DNA of 64,000 nucleotides from Nitrospirota bacterium (GTDB lineage Bacteria; Nitrospirota; UBA9217): NCBI GenBank assembly GCA_963740085.1, contig CAVUCU010000005.1, positions 1 to 64,000 of the forward strand, read 5' to 3'. Shown piece by piece: positions 31,050 to 40,479 of this stretch (position 1 is its first letter; each line of letters starts with the position of its first letter). The notes under the pieces were generated by a model. It saw only the letters and a program-made list of their open reading frames with translations, ran no database searches and was not told where the DNA came from. The position numbers and the translations under genes were made by a program.

Positions 31050-32576
31050 TCACAGCATCTCCAGCGCCTTCTTGAGCGCCTCGGCCTTCTGGAGGGTCTC
31101 GAAGTATTCCTGCTCGGGAACGGAATCTGCGACGATCCCGGCACCCACCTGGATGTGAGCGACCCCGTCCTTCACGACAAAGGTCCTGATGATGATGTTC
31201 AGGTCCATGTCGCCGGCGTTCGACAGGTATCCGATGGAACCGGTATAGGGTCCGCGCGTCATGGGTTCAAGCTCGTCGATGATCTCCATGCACCGAACTT
31301 TGGGCACGCCTGTGATCGTGCCTCCCGGAAAAACGGCGCGGACCAGGTCGAAGGCATCCCTCCCCGGCGCCAGCGTTCCCTGGACATTCGAGACGATATG
31401 AATAACATGAGAGTAATCCTCCACCGCCATCATCTCGTCCACCCGCACCGAGCCGTACTCACACACCCTGCCGAGGTCGTTCCGCTCGAGATCGAGCAGC
31501 ATGATATGCTCTGCCCGCTCCTTTTCGTTCGTCAGGAGTTCCGCGGAAAGCGTTCTCCTTTCCGTGCCGTCCTTCCCCCTTCTGCGCGTGCCCGCAATCG
31601 GCCTCGTATCGGCGATACCGCCAAGAAGGCGGACCAGACGCTCGGGGGAAGAGCTCACCAGCTGCAGATCGCCGAAATCGAGATACGCGGCAAAGGGCGA
31701 CGGATTTATGTTTCGCAGAATCGTGTATAAACGGAGCGTGTCCGCATCGTTGAGCAAAGCAGAGAAACGCTGGGACAGGTTCGCCTGATAGATGTCCCCT
31801 GCCGCGATATATTCCTTGCATTGCATGACCATGGACTCGAATTGGTCTTTCGTCATGTTCGGCGTAAGACTGAAATTTTCCGTACCGCTTGCTTCAGAGA
31901 ACGAAATGGTGCTCTCGTATCCTGTTGCCGCGAGCTTCGAGCTCAGAACCGTGATCTTCTCTGTTGCCTCATCATAGAGCCTGCCCCACTGGTCCTGATC
32001 CGGTTTCCGGAAACCCATTTCCTGCTCCCGGGCACCCGGGTTGACGATCACCCACGCCTTTCCCAGGAGATGATCAAAGGCAACAACCGTGTCCACAAAC
32101 ACGAAATACGCCTCAGGGATGTCAAGATCGGTCTTGGCCCTGCGTGGAAGCTTCTCGATCTGGTGCACAAAATCGTAGGAGAAGAACCCCACGGCCCCTC
32201 CGGTGAAAGGGGGCAAGCCGTCTATGCGCGCTGTCCGGTAATTGGCGAGAAGCTCACGCAGTTTCACGAGCGGCTTTCTCTTCATGGACGCCCGCCTTCC
32301 GTATTTTCCCGTGGGTGTGACCGGCAGGCTCAGTTCCACATCATCCCCGCGGGACTTGAAGATCAGGTAGGGGTCCGCCGTAACGAACGAATACCGCCCG
32401 ACCTTGTCGTTCACCCGGGCGCTTTCAAGAAGAACGGGATAACCTTCCCTCCTGACAGCCTCGAACGCCGAAAGCGGCGTGAGTCCCGGCGGGTCAAGTT
32501 CGGCGGAAAGGGGCAAGATCTTCCCGGACCGAAGCGCATCGAGAAATTCGTCTTTTGAGGGCTTGATCAAATGCAT
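31050..32576 (-). CDS. Anthranilate synthase component I / aminodeoxychorismate synthase (TrpE/PabB family)
   Basis: LLESA, GDIYQAN, SSPERL, PIAGT, KERAEHIM, RNDLGRV, PGGTITGVPK and GAGIVADS. Confidence 0.92.
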   Translation of the reverse strand: MHLIKPSKDEFLDALRSGKILPLSAELDPPGLTPLSAFEAVRREGYPVLLESARVNDKVGRYSFVTADPYLIFKSRGDDVELSLPVTPTGKYGRRASMKRKPLVKLRELLANYRTARIDGLPPFTGGAVGFFSYDFVHQIEKLPRRAKTDLDIPEAYFVFVDTVVAFDHLLGKAWVIVNPGAREQEMGFRKPDQDQWGRLYDEATEKITVLSSKLAATGYESTISFSEASGTENFSLTPNMTKDQFESMVMQCKEYIAAGDIYQANLSQRFSALLNDADTLRLYTILRNINPSPFAAYLDFGDLQLVSSSPERLVRLLGGIADTRPIAGTRRRGKDGTERRTLSAELLTNEKERAEHIMLLDLERNDLGRVCEYGSVRVDEMMAVEDYSHVIHIVSNVQGTLAPGRDAFDLVRAVFPGGTITGVPKVRCMEIIDELEPMTRGPYTGSIGYLSNAGDMDLNIIIRTFVVKDGVAHIQVGAGIVADSVPEQEYFETLQKAEALKKALEML

Positions 32577-32659
32577 GATGAAGTGGGGAAATTCTAGAGG
32601 CAATTCATGAACGGGTCAAGACAAATTTTAAAAATAATTCTGCGGAACAATGAAGGATG

Positions 32660-32668
32660 TGCTATACT
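32660..32668 (+). promoter_or_regulatory. Extended -10 promoter (TGCTATACT)
   Basis: The 12-mer TGCTATACTGTA is identical to the one preceding the 6S candidate (14181-14192). Confidence 0.55.
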
Positions 32669-32721
32669 GTACTTAGTAAGGATAGAGCGATCTTTCTAAA
32701 AAAGGATTGGAAGTGTTCACG

Positions 32722-33032
32722 AGGCGTTGCCGGACCATCACCGACTAGGTGTAGAGATGATAGCCCGTTTTGAGGGGAATCAAGCACCGCGCCGGACAGT
32801 GAGTCGAAACCGGTAAGAAGTCTGCAAGTTGAGCGGTCATTCACCGGTTGTTTCACAGGCTCCTATTAAGCGCGGAAGAGCCGAAAGCCCCGAAGTCGAC
32901 GGATTGTGCGGAAAGAAAGGAACAATGAGCTTCACAGGGTCTGCTGAGCAGAGCCACAGAAGCAGTCATTGAGATCACCGCAGAGAATCCCCGGCTCAAC
33001 GGAATATCAGTAACGGTCCGCAGGCAACGCCT
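32722..33032 (+). ncRNA. Unclassified ~310-nt structured RNA candidate
   Basis: Nested long-range complementarity between the two ends, several internal hairpins, upstream promoter, U-tract at the 3' end, and no credible ORF. Confidence 0.6.
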
Positions 33033-33159
33033 TTTTTATTCTCATCCCTTCTCCAGGGTCCACCCCGATTCAGCTGCAAAAATCACCCTCCGTACACAAT
33101 CTTTCGCTCGACAAAATAAAAAAAATATTTTAAACTGTTTCTTCGTTAGGAGAGCATCT

Positions 33160-33552
33160 ATGAACCATGCCATGGACGTTAAGATCTATTACGAAGACAC
33201 GGACTGCGGCGGAGTTGTGTATTATGCCAACTATCTGCGCTACATGGAACGGGCGCGGACCGAGTATCTGGCATCCCGGGGTTATTCGGTCAAAACGCTG
33301 ATGGATCAGGGCACGATCTTCATGGTGTTCCGCGTCGAGATCGACTACAAGTCTCCGGCCCGGTACGGGGATACGATCGAGATCGAAACCTGGGTCAGTG
33401 ACGTGACACGGGCCACGATGATATTCGAACATGTGATGCGGGAGAAGACGTCCCATCGTGTTTTCGTCGAATGCAGGGCAAAGGTCGTGGCGGTCGACGT
33501 GAACGGAAGACCCAAACGCCTGCCCGAAGAGTATGTGGAAAAAATAAAGTAA
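33160..33552 (+). CDS. YbgC/FadM-family acyl-CoA thioesterase
   Basis: IYYEDTDCGGVVYYANYLRYMERARTE; AGGAG RBS. Confidence 0.92.
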   Translation: MNHAMDVKIYYEDTDCGGVVYYANYLRYMERARTEYLASRGYSVKTLMDQGTIFMVFRVEIDYKSPARYGDTIEIETWVSDVTRATMIFEHVMREKTSHRVFVECRAKVVAVDVNGRPKRLPEEYVEKIK

Positions 33553-33654
33553 CGTTCTTCCTCTCAAAGTCAAAAATAAATCAAGGTTTATTAACCACGT
33601 CCGCCGGCTTTTTCTTTTGCGGGCCGGGCGGGCTTTGCAAAAAAAACACTTGCC

Positions 33655-34386
33655 ATGACTTCCGCAACCCTTGACAGCATCTCACTCCGCAATTCCGGTG
33701 TTGTGAGCATTGCTCAACCGAAAAAAGGTTTCCGCTTTACCATGGACAGTCTCCTCCTCGCTGATTTTTGCCGGATTGGATCTCCCGGTCGCATACTCGA
33801 ACCGGGTGCGGGAACTGGAATAATTTCAGTTCTGCTTGCTCGAAAATTCCCAGGAGCCCGGATCATTGCCGTTGAAGTCGAACCACAGGCATTCAACCTC
33901 CTCCGCCACAATATCCTGCACAATGGACTTGTTGACGTTATCATGCCGCTCGATCGTGACATTCGATATCTGGCCCAATCTATCGCACCGGACTCTTTCG
34001 ATGTGATCATCGCTAATCCGCCCTATACCAGATGCGGAACCGGCAAAAAAAGCCCCTCCGTTGAGCGACAAATCGCGCGTCAGGACCAGACCGCATCTCT
34101 ACCGTGCTGGCTCGACCTCCAAACCTTGTTAAGAGACAAGGGGACATACTTCCTCGTCTTTCCCGCAAACCGCGCAGCAGAGTTGATGACATTATTGCGG
34201 GAAAGAGGGCTGGAGCCGAAGCGCCTTCGGTGTGTTCATCCCTTTGAGGACAAACCTGCGTCGCTCGTGTTGATCGAAGCAATAAAGACCAAAGGGCTTG
34301 GTCTTGAAATCCTGCCGCCGCTGGTCGTTCATGAACAGGGTGGCGGCTATTCGAAAGAAATGAGGGAGATATACGGGAGGGGATGA
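33655..34386 (+). CDS. tRNA1(Val) A37 N6-methyltransferase-like protein (TrmN6/YfiC)
   Basis: QPKKGFRFTMDSLLLA, GAGTG and ANPPY. Confidence 0.88.
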   Translation: MTSATLDSISLRNSGVVSIAQPKKGFRFTMDSLLLADFCRIGSPGRILEPGAGTGIISVLLARKFPGARIIAVEVEPQAFNLLRHNILHNGLVDVIMPLDRDIRYLAQSIAPDSFDVIIANPPYTRCGTGKKSPSVERQIARQDQTASLPCWLDLQTLLRDKGTYFLVFPANRAAELMTLLRERGLEPKRLRCVHPFEDKPASLVLIEAIKTKGLGLEILPPLVVHEQGGGYSKEMREIYGRG

Positions 34387-34776
34387 AGTGCTTCAGGACC
34401 GTCTGGTGAGAAAGATGCCTTTAACCGGAATTTGGTCCGGAAAACGGCAGGAGCTGATATCAGTGCGGGACATCTCTGAATCGGATACCGTCTTAAGATG
34501 CGCTCCGGCACCTTCGAGTGATGGCTTACTCGCTTTTATTTTCAGTGTTTTTACTTGTATATTTAATGTGTTACGACCGTCAGAACCCGCACGAATACAA
34601 TGTCATGAGTCTCGGTTGACTCCCGTAATAAAACAAAGGTTGCTTTTATTCAAAAATAGTGCGATAATATAAACAGTTAAGATCAAAAGGTCAGAAAAGA
34701 TAAAACTGGAAGGCCACAAGGACGGGCGTCTTTGCGGCTTTTCCATTGGAAATGCTATCGTCAAGAAAGGAACACC

Positions 34777-35163
34777 ATGGCGCTTAAACAAAATTACAAG
34801 GAAAAGCTGGAATTGAAAAGGAACACCATGCTGGCTGCCGGCCTGGTTTCCGAACGCTTTCCTGCAGTTTCAAACATCATGTTTCGCATGACCTATTACC
34901 AGAGAACGGCGGACCCGGTCCTGATGAAACGCACCATAAGCTTCTCCCCGACCAATTACGCCTGTTTTCACTTGGAATGCATGAGGGAAGAATGCACTGA
35001 CGGCGGTTTTGACCTGACGCCGGTGGTTGCCGGTCTGGTTAAAAACAACAAGAAATCTGTATCAGGAAAGATCGTCTGCAACGGAAAAAGCGAAGACCTC
35101 CGGCACGGTCATGCAAGCATCGCCTATGAGGTCAGCGTTCAGTACAACAAGCCGTCTAAATAG
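34777..35163 (+). CDS. Hypothetical protein with Cys/His cluster
   Basis: AAAGGA RBS, CMREECTDGGFDL...C...H, and a downstream hairpin. Confidence 0.7.
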   Translation: MALKQNYKEKLELKRNTMLAAGLVSERFPAVSNIMFRMTYYQRTADPVLMKRTISFSPTNYACFHLECMREECTDGGFDLTPVVAGLVKNNKKSVSGKIVCNGKSEDLRHGHASIAYEVSVQYNKPSK

Positions 35164-35298
35164 GGCGTCTCCCCTCTTCCCCAAGGACGCCCGACATTTT
35201 TTCCTACCCGCGATCACATGCACAGACCGCGTTGTGCTTTTTCCTTGCCTCTTGACATTCAGCGATCCATTGCATATTCTCTTTAACAAAATCCGTTC

Positions 35299-36411
35299 AT
35301 GATGCCATTCAAAAAACACATAATCGCGATCGTCATGCTGATCGCCCTTCACCAATCCCCGTCAGCCTGGGCAAAAAGCGAAGAAGCGTCCCCCCCCGCA
35401 GTGACCGCTCAGCAACAGGATTCGCAAACATCGCGGGAACAGCCTTCGGACACGGCGATACCAACAGTCACCGCTCCGATTGCCGAGCCTATTCAATCCT
35501 CCCCCTCGGATACTTTATGGGAACCCGAAGTGTTCGGCCCGACGATGGGGTTTTTTGATACGCTGCATGGCGAAATATCCGAGCGGCTTCTTACAACCGC
35601 GACCTGGCTGGACTCCTTTTTCGCAGATGAACGGTCCACGAGAGAGGAAAATCGGTCATATATACGCGCCCGCTTAGATGACTTTACAGAAGAGAGATCG
35701 CATGCTGTGTTCAAGCCGACCGTCGATCTACGCCTGGCACTCCCGCAATTGGAGAAGAAGGCGCACATCATCGTGTCAGCAGAGCCGGCCGAAACTCCCG
35801 CAACCACCCCGGGTTCGCCGAGTATCGCCACCGACCGCATTGGACCTACCGACGAGCGAAGTGTCACCACTGCAATCCATTATGTTCTCCGGGCCACCGA
35901 GGAGCAAAACTTCAATGTGAGGAGCGGAGCACAGTTCACTCACGGGGCGCCTGTATTGTTCATCGCGCCACGGTACCGGTATTTTATCCCGATCAATACG
36001 TGGGGTTTCCGGTTCACCCAGGAGGTCATCTGGAAAACGGACACGACGTGGCAGACTAACACGATCTTCGATCTCGAGCGGCGGCTCCCGCACGATTTCT
36101 TCTTCCGTACGAGCGCCGGCGGCACCTGGATCAATACCAGCAAGGGTTATTTCTACAGTCTTAGTTTTTCGCTGCGCCAGCCTATTGATACGAAACGAGC
36201 GCTGGATTACTCATGGAGCAACAGTTTCCAGACCAGACCGGTCGGCGAATTAACGGAGGTCTTCTTCAGTCTCCGTTATCGCCAGAACTTCTGGCGGGAA
36301 TGGCTTTTTTTCGAAGTGGCCCCCCAGTACCGTTTCCCCCGGGACAGTGAATACAAAGGCACTCCCGGGATCCTGTTCAGGCTCGAAATGTACTTCGGCC
36401 GGCAGACGTAG
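35299..36411 (+). CDS. Exported, probable outer-membrane beta-barrel protein
   Basis: Signal peptide, WLDSFF, alternating aromatic strands and C-terminal RLEMYF. Confidence 0.7.
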   Translation: MMPFKKHIIAIVMLIALHQSPSAWAKSEEASPPAVTAQQQDSQTSREQPSDTAIPTVTAPIAEPIQSSPSDTLWEPEVFGPTMGFFDTLHGEISERLLTTATWLDSFFADERSTREENRSYIRARLDDFTEERSHAVFKPTVDLRLALPQLEKKAHIIVSAEPAETPATTPGSPSIATDRIGPTDERSVTTAIHYVLRATEEQNFNVRSGAQFTHGAPVLFIAPRYRYFIPINTWGFRFTQEVIWKTDTTWQTNTIFDLERRLPHDFFFRTSAGGTWINTSKGYFYSLSFSLRQPIDTKRALDYSWSNSFQTRPVGELTEVFFSLRYRQNFWREWLFFEVAPQYRFPRDSEYKGTPGILFRLEMYFGRQT

Positions 36412-36561
36412 TTCAACGTGGCGATGCATGATCCGGATTTCGAAACGCGGAATAAACGTGAGAGAACAAATGGAATAAAGGATGAACGCGCAACGGATAT
36501 CGACACCATCGGTATCCCCGACAAAGCCCATCTAACAACGAGACGCACCATGTCAAGGGAC

Positions 36562-37359
36562 TCACCCTATTTGAAAGCACCTCATCGAGATCGAGCCGTA
36601 TTGAAATCCTTCATAGATGAAAGTAAGGGGCTCGTTCTTTTCCTGCAGGGCAAGGGCATAGATCATCGGCAGATAATGGTCAAGGGTCGGCACGGCAAGG
36701 AATGCCGTCTTTCCCATGTTCGTATGGCGGATCAGATCCCGGTGGTTTCCGGTGATCAAGTTTGATTTCACCTGCTCATCGAACTCAACGGCCCAGTCAA
36801 ACGACTTCGCCTCGATGTTCGTGTAATCGAACATCCCGAGATTGTGGACGATATTCCCGCTCCCGATGATCAGGACGCCCCTCCTTCGCAATGCAGAGAG
36901 CCCGGCAGCAAGATCATAGTGATACTGGAGCGGCTTCGGGTCCCAATCATTAAAGGAATAATCGAGGCTCAGCTGAAACACCGGGATATCGGCAAGGGGA
37001 TAGAGATGTTTCAGGATTGCCCAGGTACCGTGGTCCAACCCCCAGCCATGATCGCATTTCACCGCAGCTTTCATGGTCGCTTCTGTCACGAACGCCGCCT
37101 CTCCGGGCGCCCCGGGACAGGCATAGGTTGTTTCATACAGCTCTTCAGGAAACCCGTAGAAATCGTAAATGGTCTTTGGTTTCTCCATGCACCCCACAAA
37201 GGTTCCCTTTGTGAGCCAGTGCGCAGAGACAACCATGATCGCTTTTGGTTTTGGCAGAAGCCTCCCCAAAGCAGCCAGACTTCGCGTAAAGCTGTTGTCC
37301 AGGACAATGTTCAACGGCGACCCATGCCCGATAAAGAGCACTGGCATATTATTCTTCAT
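36562..37359 (-). CDS. ygiD: 4,5-DOPA extradiol dioxygenase (YgiD/LigB family)
   Basis: LFIGHGSP, SAHW, YDFYGFP, GLDHGTW, GSGNIVHNL and PTLDHYLP. Confidence 0.92.
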   Translation of the reverse strand: MKNNMPVLFIGHGSPLNIVLDNSFTRSLAALGRLLPKPKAIMVVSAHWLTKGTFVGCMEKPKTIYDFYGFPEELYETTYACPGAPGEAAFVTEATMKAAVKCDHGWGLDHGTWAILKHLYPLADIPVFQLSLDYSFNDWDPKPLQYHYDLAAGLSALRRRGVLIIGSGNIVHNLGMFDYTNIEAKSFDWAVEFDEQVKSNLITGNHRDLIRHTNMGKTAFLAVPTLDHYLPMIYALALQEKNEPLTFIYEGFQYGSISMRCFQIG

Positions 37360-37600
37360 GTTTCTTACACCATAACCTTACTACAGCGGTTGTTTTTCGC
37401 AAAGACGAACAGGACACAAATAAAACCAGGTTTCCGGTATTACAGAGAAACCCTCTCGCGTAATTTCTCACTGTGCTCAGTGATCTCTGTTGCAAAATGT
37501 TCTTTCAGAAGTACTTCCTCGATTGTCCAGACTCAACGGTCCTGCGCGAAGTTCGCGATAAGAAAGGCCGCGCCGGTATCTATACTTGCCTTTGTGGAAA

Positions 37601-38248
37601 CTAAAAAGCGTACTTTTCCAATTTCTCCAGGACCTTGATATGAAGCAGTTCAGAAGGAATGATGCGGAGCTCTATCGGTTCGCGGTTTCTGTCCATCGGG
37701 CCCGTCGGCTGGGCAGCGGCCACAAAAAAAGTCCCGTATCGTATCCCGAGCTGGGGTTCTGCGATGAACAGCGCATCCTGAATAAACCCGGCCATGCGCT
37801 GCTTCTGCGTCCTCTCCGCTGCATACATCGCCCAAGTGCCGCTCGACGGGAAGCGCATAATTATCAGGACGAGACTGATATCAGATCTTGTCTGTTCATT
37901 ACCCATAAGCAATAAAAAAATACGGGCAAGCTTCTTTAAATCGGCCTGCGCCGAGGCCTTCAGGGTACCGTCCCCCGAAAACAGGAACGACTTTTCTATG
38001 AGAATGGAACTCCCTCGTACCTTGAGACCTTTGATCGCTTCCGCTCCGAACTCTCTCTGAAACATCAGTTTGATGCTCTTGGAGAATTCATTTCGGGGCT
38101 GGGAAATGGCAAGGGCTGGTTCCAGGAACCGCTGGATCCTGATTGCCCGGTAGTAGAGCAGGGCGCTCAGAAGCACCAGGCCGATCAGCAAGAAGCTGAG
38201 GACCGGGCCGGCAGGCGGAACGTATCTCCACAGGGATTTATCGCTCAT
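37601..38248 (-). CDS. Single-TM protein with degenerate MotB/OmpA-like domain
   Basis: N-terminal TM, then LF..G.LK..A...L..LA and terminal R..IELRI pattern. Lacks GHTD. ATGA overlap with the upstream gene. Confidence 0.55.
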   Translation of the reverse strand: MSDKSLWRYVPPAGPVLSFLLIGLVLLSALLYYRAIRIQRFLEPALAISQPRNEFSKSIKLMFQREFGAEAIKGLKVRGSSILIEKSFLFSGDGTLKASAQADLKKLARIFLLLMGNEQTRSDISLVLIIMRFPSSGTWAMYAAERTQKQRMAGFIQDALFIAEPQLGIRYGTFFVAAAQPTGPMDRNREPIELRIIPSELLHIKVLEKLEKYAF

Positions 38249-39135
38249 GGCGCGCCTTCCTCAAGACGGTCGAGTTTTTTCATTGCCGTCGTGAAGTCCT
38301 CTTCTGAAATATGCGCCGGTGAATGGATGGCCTTGTTGCGCAGATACATCAGATCGTAGAACAGGGCAATCCGCGAGTGACTGATGCGCTTGCCCTGTTC
38401 CATCTCCTTCAATCCGTCCGACAGGGTCGGAACTTTTCTGCCGATCACCGCGGAAGTAAACGCCCTCAACCGGTTTTCAACGTGATAGCCCATCAGAAGT
38501 GAAGCGACGACCTTCTCTCCGCGCCGGTAATATTCCAGTGCCTGCTCCACCGAGAGTCCCCCTTTGACGATGCTGATGTTCTCCGTGGACTCTGTTTCCC
38601 CGGGGGCCAAACGCTGTATCTTTTGATAAACTTCCAGGCATTTGTCAAGCATGTCCTTCTCAAGATAGGATTCGGCAAGGAGAAACAGATCACGGATATT
38701 GTCCGCAACTTCCCGTTGTTGAACGGCAAAGGCATAGGCGCGTTGAATGGCATCGGCCTTGTCGTCCTTTTTGTCAAGCACATCGAAATGCCTGGCCCAT
38801 CTCTTGCCTTTCAGCACGTTGTCCTTCGTAAAGCGGAAGAGGCGCTCCGAAACCTCGCGTTTGTCGAGCTTGCCGCTGATGACGATAATGTTCAGCGTCG
38901 GATGGGTCTCGAAGAGCTCCGGCAGGATATCGATGCCCTCGTCCATCCGGTCGAACTCGATGTCGAGCGTCATGAGGTCGATGACCTGCTTCGTCAGTAT
39001 CTGGAGGGCCTCCCTGACGCCGCTTGCCTCGTAAAACCGGAGATCGGGGTCCTCGTCCTTGAGCGCCCGCTGAATTTCGAGCTTCAGCAGTTCCCGGTCC
39101 TCGAAGTCATCGTCGGCGATCAGCACTTTAAACAT
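38245..39135 (-). CDS. Response regulator: receiver, TPR and C-terminal HEPN (DUF4145-like) domain
   Basis: VLIADDD, phosphoacceptor LMTLD, VISG, TPR-like LAESYL...YQKIQRLAP, and ASLLMGYHVE...LRNKAIH (RxxxxH). Confidence 0.8.
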   Translation of the reverse strand: MFKVLIADDDFEDRELLKLEIQRALKDEDPDLRFYEASGVREALQILTKQVIDLMTLDIEFDRMDEGIDILPELFETHPTLNIIVISGKLDKREVSERLFRFTKDNVLKGKRWARHFDVLDKKDDKADAIQRAYAFAVQQREVADNIRDLFLLAESYLEKDMLDKCLEVYQKIQRLAPGETESTENISIVKGGLSVEQALEYYRRGEKVVASLLMGYHVENRLRAFTSAVIGRKVPTLSDGLKEMEQGKRISHSRIALFYDLMYLRNKAIHSPAHISEEDFTTAMKKLDRLEEGAP

Positions 39136-40161
39136 CGGACGTCTCCTCGACAAAGGGGAAATTGATTATTATTTCCGTTCCAACTCCCGGAGCCGTGTAT
39201 TCCTTGCCGATCCTGATCTTCCCGGCATGGAGACCGACAACGTATTTGACAAAATAAAGTCCCTGTCCCCAACTCTCGCCGACGCCCCTCCCCCGGTAAA
39301 AGCAGAGATCGGCCTGCTGCTCATCCATGCCGATGCCCTCGTCCCGGATGGAAAGCGTCACGTACCGCCTGCTGCCGTCCCGGTCCATGGCGCAGGACAC
39401 CAGAACTCGCGCGCGAAGCTGGTCGGGCTTTTTATACTTGATGGCATTGTCGATCACATTTTCAAACACGGTCTTCAGCAGGGGCGGGGCCGCATAGATC
39501 ATCGGAACGGCCATCGTCTCATGGATCGTGATCTCGGCGAGGTCGCTGTATTGCAATGCCAGATCGTGAATCATGGCCTTGAGATCGATATTCTGAAAAT
39601 GGACAAGGCCCGCCTCACGCTCATCCGAGATTTTCTTAAAAATATCAATATCAGCAAACAGCTTGTCCAGATTGTCATCGATTCGCTCTGTTGCCTCCCG
39701 GGGCAGTCCCGGAAGCAGGTCGATCCTTCGCTTGATCCGTCCGAGGTTATTTTTGAATTCATGCCCGATCGTTGCCGAGATATATCGAATAAATTCGTTT
39801 CGCCGGGCTATTTCCTGATTTTTCAGAACGAGCATCATGTTTTCGCGCGCCCTCCGCTGCTTTTGCTGGTAGACAACGGACAGGTACATGCTGAATGCCG
39901 CAAAAGAAAAGATCATGACCAATAGGGCGTAATGAGAGACCCCGTTGGATGCGTCGAGCTGATCCTGCATGATGGAAAGACGCTGGTCGATCCCGGCGTC
40001 AGGAGGGACCACTCCCTTCCACGGCATCAGCCGCAGCTCAAGACGTTCAAAGGGGGGAAAAAATGGTTTGAGTAGACCATGCCCAGAACGAGCCAGATAA
40101 AAAGCAAAAGGACTATCAGGACCAGGACCTGTATTCTGTTATGATTGCCGGAAGTGACCAT
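39128..40161 (-). CDS. Two-TM sensor histidine kinase (1-nt frameshift in a homopolymer near 40052-40063)
   Basis: H-box GHEFKNNL, N-box ENVIDNAIKY, G1 DEGIGM and G2 GQGL. The first TM is encoded from ATG 40161 in a shifted frame. Confidence 0.85.
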
Positions 40162-40479
40162 AGATGATAATTTATTACAAAATACCGGTTATTACAACAA
40201 GAAAAGCGGGCAGAAAGCAGGGACGACGGGCCGTGCGAGGTAAAATGACGAGTCATGAACCGGATATACGTTATTTTAGCGACTACTGTGGACCTTACAA
40301 CCTTTCAGGAGAAAGGGAGGAAATTGGAGAACTGGAGAAAAGGACGTCCTTGTACTTCTGTCGTGCATCCCCCATTCGCCTCTTAATTCCCCATTTCTCC
40401 TGATCGTTTTTTCTGGATCCGAGTAGTTTCTTCTTAATTTATTTGTCAATCCGGTAAATCCTGTTATCAGGTCAAATGG

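Noticed and set aside
32722-33032. Identification as tmRNA, RNase P RNA or SRP RNA
   Set aside because: It lacks tRNA-like ends with TTCGA/CCA, the GAGGAAAGTCC motif, and the SRP domain IV GGAAG..AGCAG loop.
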